Of a stretch of DNA of 64,000 nucleotides, positions 20,468-31,334 are shown one piece after another. Within the stretch, counting starts at the first letter, position 1; the number at the start of each line of letters is the position of its first letter. The notes under the pieces were generated by a model, which saw only the letters and a list, made by a program, of their open reading frames with translations, did not search any database and was not told the DNA's origin. This DNA is from Lingula anatina (lineage: Eukaryota > Animalia > Brachiopoda), in the NCBI GenBank assembly GCA_051362555.1, contig CM120645.1:18042001-18106000 (forward strand), given 5' to 3'. Made by a program: the position numbers and the translations under genes.

Positions 20468-23400
20468 CTAAAAAAACAGAGTCACCAATTAATGCAGCGT
20501 CAGTTTTGTTACTAATATAATTAATATTAATCAATATTTCTCATCCTAAAATTTCAGAGTACAGATTCATTCAAATACACAAAACAGGACGCCGTGTGAC
20601 TTTCGAAACAAGGCTTCATAAAATTTGCATTAAAAATCAGGGGATATGTCTCCTGTCAACTATGGAGAAAATCGAGCTACTAGTACTGTCTTACTAAACG
20701 GCACTTACCTGACGGATATCCTGCTTGTTACGCGTCAAGTGCAGACGGCTAGTCATGTGTACTCGTAAAAACTGCTCACAAGATGATGACCTAACAGTCT
20801 TATAATACAATCCGTCACGCGTGCGGAAGGCCAGTTCTGACTACCTTGTGGTCAGTGGAAAATGCCCTTTTTACGGGTATAACCTATATTTCAATAGTAA
20901 CAAAAACATACACACAAATAACAGAGACAAAATGTTTCACATATATTGCAAAAATAAAATGTCCAATACGATTTTAGTAGAGAAACGGTCAACTTTGAAA
21001 GGCTTCATTTCATGAAATTATGCTGATTTGTCAAACCGTTTTTCATTGACGGGTAGCAATCTAGCTGCGGATAATGTTCTCTCTAACCGTATGTGTACAC
21101 GTCACTAGACAGCAAATTATGATGACCTAAACGTAGTCGTTCGCCTAAACGTGCAGGTGCGAAAGCTCTCTAATAATGGATTACTAGCAACACTTACGTT
21201 ACGCAATGAAGCACCGAAAATGGGTGAAGAAAATGTGTCTCAGTAATGCGTGTTTGCCACTCATAATGCACTGTATTTTGTTTGAATAAGCAATAAACTA
21301 TTTGTGATCTTAGGTTATCCATTGTTCGTTATCAGAGTTAACAGATTCTTTGTGTGATTTTTTTTCAGAATCCCAAGAGTGGATGCCTTAGTGAGCACAG
21401 AACAGATATCACCATTGGTCTACATATGTCAGGAAGAATGTTATAATTATGAACTTTGTGTTACACTGAACTTCATTTTGTTAAATTTTGTATTTAACTG
21501 AACGTTATTGTGTTAAAATAATAATAAAAAATAATAATTCAGATAAAAAACTACAATCTGGAACATTCTTTAGATCAACTTTGTTCAGTGTGTGTACCAT
21601 ATGACAGAGTTACAGTAAATAAAATATGTGCATTATTCCTCTGTGTTTGTCAATTCCATTTTAAAAGCATGTGAAAGTGGTGTGCCCCTCATGAATGAAG
21701 TGTGTATGGATAATAGCAAAAATATTGTTATTATTTACATGATTATAAAAAGTTTTTGTACCCGCGTCAATAACGTTACCGTGACCCACATATTCACCAT
21801 TTTTATTAATTATGAAATGTGGATTAAATTCTTCAAAACCAGTTTTGAAGCATTGAGACAACACCCCCTTATGATTTAAACTAAAACTGAAAACATTCCA
21901 TTAGACTTTCATTAGTTTGTGCAAAATATATTACCCAGGACGCGTCTTGGATTTGGTGGGTATAGCTGTTCAACTCTCCTGTGTGCCCTAAAAAGGGCAG
22001 CTGCTGTTTCCCTTTTTATGAAATGATAAACTGTGATGGTGTAGCTATCACATCGCAAAATTACAGCTTCCCAGAGAAAGTTTGAAATTTTCGGTCAAAT
22101 TCAACATTTTGTAACCACTAGCAAAGAATGACAGATGTACATACCTACACACAATTATTGCACACAGCACATATCAATTGTGAGTCTTCAATCAAGCATT
22201 TCTCTAGACATAGATAAAAATATACCAAACAGGTTTCTCAGATTATGGTGACTTGATTTGACATAATATACTCATGTACATGTTGCATTGCATCATTAAA
22301 AGTATGGAAATATTTTTCATGTCAGTGTTATCAACCAAAAGGAAAGGGACCCTGATAATCTGTCATTGAATTGTGCAACAATGTCAACAATGTTTTGCAT
22401 TTTATGTTAACTTTTATTTATACAAAAAGTGCATTTTCCTATATTTTAAATCAAATGCTGAAATAATTTCTGACAGCTTCATGATGTTCAGTTAAATCAT
22501 ATCTGACAGCAATATTTCTTGTTATAAGACAACCCTGCATACTGTCTTCTTTAAGTCCTAAAGGGTCGATCCCAATGGTCAGCTCAAATTTCTCCTTACA
22601 TCTATCCTTTATGTAAAAAGTTGCTTCTAGGAAAGGTTGAACTTATGATTACACGTTAAACTCTCTAAAACTATAACTGTTATTATCCAGTGAACAAGAA
22701 AAATGAAGTACAAGATAACTGAACTAGCTTCTGACAATTCCACGATGTTGGGATAAGTCAGGATTTCTTGTCTTTGGACTGTCCTGAGTTTATATGGGTC
22801 GATCCCGCTGATCAGCTGTAGTTTTCACATGTACCTGTATATACACTCTTCCTTTTGGTGTACTTGATCGCGATATGCATTTTAGTTTATTTTATTTGGT
22901 TTACCTATATTTACGCTACTAATCCCCGTCGTTCTTTCCCTCCAGTATGGCTGCTGGACTAGTGTTACGGAACAAATATGACGTCACTGTAATGGGTTAA
23001 TAGGGTTATCTTTCATCTTCGTGAGTTTGGGGTCAATCGGTGCATTTACACAGGAGAAGCAGCCATTAGATGCTGAAACTGAAAACTCTCTCTAATTCTG
23101 GAACCGTTAATTCTAGAGACATCTTGTTTTTTGCATTTTGTATAGCTTGTCAAGTGCAACACTGAAGGTGGTTTCCCTTTTTTGTTTTCGATACAGCTTA
23201 GGCATTGTACTTCATCAAAAAGTTCAACATCCAATATTCAGTGGTGAAAATAAAATGTGAAATACTCCAAAATTAGCAGAGATATGCCCATAGTTACTAT
23301 TGAACTTGAATAGGAAGTCATATGCTGGTAATCTATATGTGACCTTGAAATTGACCTTTGACCTACTTTTCATGATGAACTGCACTTTGCAACTCTTTTA

Positions 23401-26400
23401 CTGCTTATACTTTCAAAACTGGCAAAGTTACACCCATAGTTACTATTAAATTTGGATAGGAAGTCATATACTGGCAAATTAACTATGATCTTAAAATTGA
23501 TATTTGACCTACTTTCTACCATGAACTGAACTCTGCAACATTTAAGTCCCTTATATCTCCAAAATTGGCAGAGATAGACCCATAGTTTTTATTAAACTTG
23601 TATAGGAAGTCGTATATACTGGGAATCTAAATGTGACCTTAAATATGAACTTAAATTGACCTTTGACATAATTTTCACCATGAACTGAACTTTGCAAATT
23701 TTCTTTCCCCTTACATCTCAAAAACTGGCACAGATATGCCCAAAGTTAATGCTGAACTTGAATAGATAGTCATATACTGGCTATCTGTGACCTTGAAATT
23801 GACCTTTGACCTACTTTTTATGATGAACTGACTTTGCATATTTTCTGGCCTTTAAATCTCCAAAATTGGCAAAGAAATGCCCAAGGTTACTATTGGACTA
23901 GAATAGGAGGTCATATATTATAGTATTGAAATTGACCTTTGGCCTACTTTTTCACCATGAAGTGAACTTTTCATATTTTCCTGCCCCTCATATCTTCAAA
24001 ACTAGCAGAGATTTGCCCTATGTTGCCCCTAGGTTTTCGCTTTTGTCAGCATTGTGACAACACATTGGCCTAAAAGGCCTACTGTCTAGAAAATCACAGG
24101 AGTGATCAATGTTCGGAAAATACATGTCAATTCAAGAATCTGCTTGATTGTACCATTTTTAGTTATATTTTTGTCACATTTTTTTTTTTTTTTTTTTTTT
24201 TTTGCATATTTTGAGAGCTCTTCTTGATTGCATTTTATAGAGTTTGTCCAGCACAAGACTGGTGGTAGTGTCCCTTTTTTGGATGGGTTTCCATACGAAC
24301 ACGATTACTCCAGCTGGTGGTACAATATTTTTTCAGACATAATTTAGAAAACTGAATGTTACACTGAAAACAATTCATGAGACAACTGTCAACTGGTGAG
24401 GTTTTTATTGTTGTTATGCATCATCCATCTAAATTTGACAGATATTGGACTAGATTTGTCAAAATTATTAACATTTAACTATATTAAGGCACCAAATTTA
24501 GCAGTCTTTTCAATGTAATTTTCAGTCTTCTAAAATTTATATGTTCTGAAAAATACTCTTTTTATTAGACACAGTCAACTGATAAGCTTAACTGTGTCAA
24601 GATTATTAATGTTTAACTATTTTAGTTTTGGAAATTTGTCATTATTGTTTTTTTTCCAGGTGACCTTTTCTATACAGAGTGGTGTTATTTTTGGGGGGGT
24701 GAACTGATTCTTCCGGTCTGGTCATGGCTAATTCCTGTAGAAAAACCAGGCAGAGAAAGACAATAGCAAGAGCAATGGTCTATCTCATCCATGTGTACAA
24801 TAGATGGTATGTGGCAAGATTTAGGACATTTTCAAATGGTGTGCTGAACCCGATTCCAGAAACCGATTGATTGTAAGGCGGAATCTGCATCTGGTATTGG
24901 TAGTAAGGAGAAGTCTTGAAAGGGTATATGTTGTTTTCCAGAAGACAATTATGAGTCATTTGCCACCTCTTACACAAACAAAAACAAATCATAACATTTG
25001 ATGTTAAATGTGAGGCTAATTATATGTTGTGAAATTGAAAAAAAAGTTTTAGGTAATTCTCACTCTTCTCAAACAAATTGCCAATAAACTACACTTCTAT
25101 TACACACAGTCAACTGATAAGCTTATCACAGATTTTTATTATTGTTAAGAACAGTTGTCCAAATTCCACAAATAATGGATAAGATTTGTCAAAATTATTA
25201 ACATTTAACTATTTTATATCATTTGGCAGTTATTTCAGTGTTATTTTCTGTTTTCTCAAATTTATTGTCCAAAAAAAAAATCTTTTTCATTGGACCCAGT
25301 CAACTGATGAGCTCATCACAGACTTTTTTTGATTTTAAGCATTATTTGTACAAATTTCACAAATGTCGGTCTAGATTTGTCGAAATTATTAACATTTAAC
25401 TATTTTATACCATGGAATTTGCTAGTCTTTTCAATGTAACATAGATTTTTAAAAATTAAATTGTCCAAAAAAATCTTTTTCATGAGACACAGTCAAGTGA
25501 TAAGGTTATCACAGATTTTTATTGTTGTTAAGCATCATTTGTCCAAATTCCACAAATAATAATGAACAAGATTTGTCAAATTATTAACAATTAACTATTT
25601 TCTACCATGGAATTTGGCAGTCTTTTCAGTGTTATTTTCAGTTTTCTCAAATTTATTACCCAAAAAAAATCTTTTACATTGGATCTAGTCAACTGATAAG
25701 CTTATCACAGATTTCTAGCATTGTTATGCATCATCTGTCCAAATTTCACAAATAATGAACAAGATTTGTCAAAATTATTAACGTTTAACTATTTTATGCC
25801 ATGCAATTTGGCAGTCTATTCAGTGTTATTTTCAGTTTTCTCAAATTTATTTCTCCAAAAAAATCTTTTTCATTGAATCCAGTCAACTGATGAGCTTATC
25901 ACGGATTTTTAGCATTGTTATGCACCACCTGTCTAAATTTCACAAATATCGGACTAGATTTGTAAAAATTATTAATGTTTAACTATGTTATATCATGGAA
26001 TTTGGCAGTCTTTTCAGTGTTATTTTCAGGTTTCTCAAATTTATTTGCACTGAAAAAATCTTTTTTATGAGACACAGTCAATTGCTTTGCTTTTCACAGA
26101 TTTTTATTGTTGTTATGCATCATCTGTCCAAATTTCACAAATAATGAACAAGATTTGTCAAAATTATTAACGTTTAACTATTTTATGCCATGGAATTTGG
26201 CAGTCTATTTAGTGTTATTTTCAGTTTTCTCATTTATTTCCCCAAAAAAATCTTTTTCATTGAATCCAGTCAACTGATGAGCTTATCACTGATTTTTAGC
26301 ATTGTTATGCACCACCTGTCTAAATTTCACAAATATCGAACTAGATTTGTAAAAATTATTAATGTTTGACTATGTTATACCATGGAATTTGGCAGTCTTT

Positions 26401-28237
26401 TCAGTGTTATTTTCAGGTTTCTCAAATTTATTGTCCAAAAAAAAATCTTTTTCATTGGACCCAGTCAACTGATGAGCTCATCACAGACTTTTTTTGATTT
26501 TAAGCATTATTTGTACAAATTTCACAAATGTCGGTCTAGATTTGTCGAAATTATTAACATTTAACTATTTTATACCATGGAATTTGCTAGTCTTTTCAAT
26601 GTAACATAGATTTTTAAAAATTAAATTGTCCAAAAAAATCTTTTTCATGAGACACAGTCAAGTGATAAGGTTATCACAGATTTTTATTGTTGTTAAGCAT
26701 CATTTGTCCAAATTCCACAAATAATAATGAACAAGATTTGTCAAATTATTAACAATTAACTATTTTCTACCATGGAATTTGGCAGTCTTTTCAGTGTTAT
26801 TTTCAGTTTTCTCAAATTTATTACCCAAAAAAAATCTTTTACATTGGATCTAGTCAACTGATAAGCTTATCACAGATTTCTAGCATTGTTATGCATCATC
26901 TGTCCAAATTTCACAAATAATGAACAAGATTTGTCAAAATTATTAACGTTTAACTATTTTATGCCATGCAATTTGGCAGTCTATTCAGTGTTATTTTCAG
27001 TTTTCTCAAATTTATTTCTCCAAAAAAATCTTTTTCATTGAATCCAGTCAACTGATGAGCTTATCACGGATTTTTAGCATTGTTATGCACCACCTGTCTA
27101 AATTTCACAAATATCGGACTAGATTTGTAAAAATTATTAATGTTTAACTATGTTATATCATGGAATTTGGCAGTCTTTTCAGTGTTATTTTCAGGTTTCT
27201 CAAATTTATTTGCACTGAAAAAATCTTTTTTATGAGACACAGTCAATTGCTTTGCTTTTCACAGATTTTTATTGTTGTTATGCATCATCTGTCCAAATTT
27301 CACAAATAATGAACAAGATTTGTCAAAATTATTAACGTTTAACTATTTTATGCCATGGAATTTGGCAGTCTATTTAGTGTTATTTTCAGTTTTCTCATTT
27401 ATTTCCCCAAAAAAATCTTTTTCATTGAATCCAGTCAACTGATGAGCTTATCACTGATTTTTAGCATTGTTATGCACCACCTGTCTAAATTTCACAAATA
27501 TCGAACTAGATTTGTAAAAATTATTAATGTTTGACTATGTTATACCATGGAATTTGGCAGTCTTTTCAGTGTTATTTTCAGGTTTCTAAAATTTATTTGC
27601 ACTGAAGAAATCTTTTTTATGAGACACAGTCAATTGCTTTGCTTTTCACAGATTTTTATTGTTGTTATGCATCATCTGTCCAAATTTCACAAATAATGAA
27701 CAAGATTTGTCAAAATTATTAACGTTTAACTATTTTATGCCATGGAATTTGGCAGTCTATTCAGTGTTATTTTCAGTTTTCTCAAATTTATTTCCCCAAA
27801 AAAATCTTTGTCATTGAATCCAGTCAACTGATGAGCTTATCACGGATTTTTAGCATTGTTATGCACCAACTGTCTAAATTTAACAAATATCGGACGAGAT
27901 TTGTAAAAATTATTAATGTTTAACTATGTTATACCATGGAATTTGGCAGTCTTTTCAGTGTTATTTTCAGGTTTCTAAAATTTATTTGCACTGAAAAGAT
28001 CTTTTTCATGAGACACAGTCAATTGACTTGCTTTTCACAGATTTTTATTGTTGTTATGCATCATCTGTCCAAATTTCACAAATATCGGACTAAATTTTTT
28101 AAAATTATTATCGTCTAACTATTTTATGCCATGAAATTTGCCAGTCTTTTCAGTGTAACATTCAGTTTTCTAAATTATGTCTGAAAAAATCATTTTCATG
28201 AGACACAGTCAATTGTTGAGCTTATCACAGATTTTTA

Positions 28238-31200
28238 TTGTGCCACCAGCGTTAGCGCTGGCGGTACACATGGTTTCGGTCCCGTCCGGATCGTTCCGCC
28301 GGCTCCGCCCGACGGCTACCATTACCGCTTCTCCTCCTTGAAATTGAACTTTGACCTACTTTTCACCATGAACTGAACTTTGCAAATTTTGCTTCCCTTT
28401 CATATCCAAAACTGGCAGAGATAGGTCCATAGTTACTATTGAACTTGGATAGGAAGTCATATACTGGCAATCTTAATGTGACCTTGAAATTGACCTTTGA
28501 CCTATTTTTCACCATGAACTGAACTTTGCAAATTTTGCTGCCCTTTTATCTCCAAAACTGGCAGATAGGGTCAAATGTTACTATTGAACTTGAATGGGAA
28601 GTCATATACTGGCAATCCAAATGTGACCTTGAAATTGACCTTTCACCTACTTTTCACCATGAACTGAACTTTGCAAATTTTGCTGCCCTTTTATCTCCAA
28701 AACTGGCAGAGATAGGTCCATAGTTACTATTGAACTAGAATAGGAAGTCATACACTGGCAATCTAAATGTGACCTTGAAATTGACCTTTGACCTACTTTT
28801 CACCATGAACTGAACTTTGCAAATTTTGCTGCCCTTTCATATCCAAAACTGGCAGAGATAGGTCTATAGTTACTATTGAACTGGAATAGGAAGTCATACA
28901 CTGGCAATCTAAATGTGACCTTGAAATTGACCTTTGACCTACTTTTCACCATGAACTGAACTTTGCAAATTTTGCTTCCCTTTCATATCCAAAACAGACA
29001 GAGATAGGTCCATGGTTACTATTGAACTTGAATGGGAAGTCATATACTGGCAATCCAAATGTGACCTTGAAATTGACCTTTGACCTACTTTTCACCATGA
29101 ACTGAACTTTGCAAATTTTGCTGCCCTTTTATCTCCAAAACTGGCAGAGATAGGTCCATAGTTACTATTGAACTAGAATAGGAAGTCATACACTGGCAAT
29201 CTAAATGTGACCTTGAAATTGACCTTTGACCTACTTTTCACCATGAACTGAACTTTGCAAATTTTGCTTCCCTTTCATATCCAAAACTGACAGAGATAGG
29301 TCCATAGTTACTATTGAACTTGGATAGGAAGTCATATACTGGCAATCCAAATGTGACGTTGAAATTGACCTTTGACCTACTTTTCACCATGAACTGAACT
29401 TTGCAAATTTTGCTGCCCTTTTATCTCCAAAACTGGCAGAGATAGGTCCAATGTTACTATTAAACTTGAAAAGGAAGTCATATACTGGCAATCCAAATGT
29501 GACCTTGAAATTGACCTTTGACCTACTTTTCACCATGAACAGAACTTTGCAAATTTTGCTGCCCTTTTATCTCCAAAACTGGCAGAGATAGGTCCATAGT
29601 TACTATTGAACTGAAATAGAAAGTCATATACTGGCAATCTAAATGTGACCTTCAAATTGACCTTTGACCTACTTTTCACCATGAACTGAACTTTGCAAAT
29701 TTTGCTTCCCTTTCATATCCAAAACAGACAGAGATAGTTCCATAGTTACTATTGAACTTGAATGGGAAGTCATATACTGGCAATCCAAATGTGACCTTGA
29801 AATTGACCTTTGACCTACTTTTCACCATGAACTGAACTTTGCAAATTTTGCTGCCCTTTTATCCCCAAACCTGCAGAGATAGGTCCATAGTTACTATTGA
29901 ACTTGAATAGGAAGTCATACACTGGCAATCTAAATGTGACCTTGAAATTGACCTTTGACCTATTTTTCACCATGAACTGAACTTTGCAAATTTTGCTTCC
30001 CTTTCATATCCAAAACTGGCAGAGATAGGTCCATAGTTACTATTGAACTTGAATAGGAAGTAATACACTGGCAATCTTACTGTGACCTTGAAATTGACCT
30101 TTGACCTACTTTTCACCATGAACTGAACTTTGCAACATTTGTTTCCCTTTCATATCCAAAACTGGCAGAGATGGGTCCATAGTTACTATTGAACTTGAAA
30201 AGGAAGTCATATACTGGCAATCCAAATGTGACCTTGAAATTGACCTTTGACCTAATTTTCACCATGAACTGAACTTTGCAAATTTTGCTTCCCTTTCATA
30301 TCCAAAACTGGCAGAGATAGGTCCATAGTTACTATTGAACTTGAATAGGAAGTAATACACTGGCAATCTTACTGTGACCTTGAAATTGACCTTTGACCTA
30401 CTTTTCACCATGAACTGAACTTTGCAAATTTTGCTTCCCTTTCATATCCAAAACTGGCAGAGATAGGTCCATAGTTACTATTGAACTTGGATAGGAAGTC
30501 ATATACTGGCAATCTTAGTGTGACCTTGTTGACCTTTGACCTTCTTTTCACCATGAACTGAACTTTGCAAATTTTGCTTCCCTTTCATCTCCAAAACTGG
30601 CAGAGATAGATCCATAGTTACTATTGAACTAGAATAGGAAGTCATATACTGGTAATCTAAATCTGACCTTCAAATTGACCTTTGACCTACTTTTCACCAT
30701 GGACTGAAGTTTGCAAATTTTGCTTCCCTTTTATCTCCAAAACTGGCAGAGATAGGTCCATAGTTACTATTGAACTTTGATAGGAAGTCATATACTGGCA
30801 ATCTAAATGTGACCTTGAAATTGACCTTTGACCTACTTTTCACAAGGGGCTGAAGTTTGCAAATTTTGCTTCCCTTTTATCTCCAAAACTGGCGGAGATA
30901 GGTCCATAGTTACTATTAAACTTGAATAGGAAGTCATATATTGGCAATCTAAATGTGACCTTGAAATTGACCTTTGACCTACTTTTCACCATGAACTGAA
31001 CTTTGCAAATGTTTTTCCATTTTATCTCTAAAACTGGCAGACAAAAAAGACAACTTTCAAATTGTTAGCGAAAGTTCATTCCCAATGTGAAAGAGATGAG
31101 GACGCGATTTTCATATTTGAGTCTTCGTTGGCCAAAGAGCAAGGAAAAACGTAATTTTCGTATCCTCAGTGGGGGATCGTTGCAATCGTATATTCATTCA

Positions 31201-31334
31201 ATGGCTTTTGTTTGCGAAAGATCGTCAACTAGTGAGACAACCCCTCCCCCTTCTTTTTTCCTTCCCCTACGAATGCTCTTACTCCAGCTGGTGGTACAAT
31301 ACCAGGAGGCGGTATCGCCTCTCTGATCCTCTAG
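28238..31334 (+). mobile_element. Complete HINE family A element carrying ~18.5 x 146-bp satellite
   Basis: 5' TTGTGCCACCAGCG-TTAG-CGCTGGCGGTAC hairpin. 3' subTIR GCTGGTGGTACAAT, hairpin GAGGCGGTATCGCCTC and terminal CTAG. Inserted at GATTTTTA|TTGTTCTT of a 195-bp monomer with no clear TSD. Confidence 0.9.
28336..31041 (+). repeat. 146-bp tandem satellite array
   Basis: ACCTTGAAATTGACC at 28481, 28626, 28772, 28918 and onward. Confidence 0.95.

Larger units (their letters stand above)
18547..21171 (+). mobile_element. PIF/Harbinger-related (PHIS, Pangu-like) DNA transposon, 2625 bp
   Basis: 45-bp TIRs (18547-18591 and 21127-21171, 3 mismatches) starting AGAGAGCTTTCGCA. 3-bp TSD AAT on both sides. 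Internal DDE_Tnp_4-type transposase. Confidence 0.9.
17381..22134. mobile_element. Non-autonomous TIR transposon with 4-bp TSD ATGT (Sola1- or Academ-like; unassigned)
   Basis: ATGT|CAGTCATTCTTTGCTAGTGGT...ACCACTAGCAAAGAATGACAG|ATGT. The sibling host copy (~63455-63485, minus strand) has an empty site with a single ATGT. Confidence 0.85.
15919..23000 (+). mobile_element. Decayed IS4EU/ISL2EU-like (PHIS group) DNA transposon; TTAACCCATT termini, TA TSD
   Basis: TA|TTAACCCATT...AATGGGTTAA|TA. Subterminal inverted repeat GCAGCCATACTGGAGGGA at ~15955 and ~22937-22954. THAP-like remnant near the left end and KLQLISGIDPY remnant on the minus strand near the right end. Sibling copy at 62418-64000. 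Confidence 0.75.
15387..24326 (+). mobile_element. HINE family A copy, split by nested insertions
   Basis: 5' hairpin GTACCACCAGCG-TGTA-CGCTGGCGGTAC (15390-15417). The core to 15918 resumes at 23001, collinear with the copy at 6840-7424. About 5 x 146-bp monomers at 23270-24020. 3' subTIR TACTCCAGCTGGTGGTACAAT at 24306-24326. Confidence 0.85.

Noticed and set aside
20468-20708. Functional intron joining exons of the Harbinger accessory gene
   Set aside because: GTAAGT donor and TTTTTTTAG acceptor exist on the minus strand, but splicing does not give an open frame into the PPTKKRR exon (in-frame TAA).
15923-22996. piggyBac element (TTAA TSD with CCC...GGG ends)
   Set aside because: The host sequence at the sibling insertion (62418) has no TTAA, all junctions carry an outer TA, and the coding remnants look THAP/ISL2EU-like rather than piggyBac.
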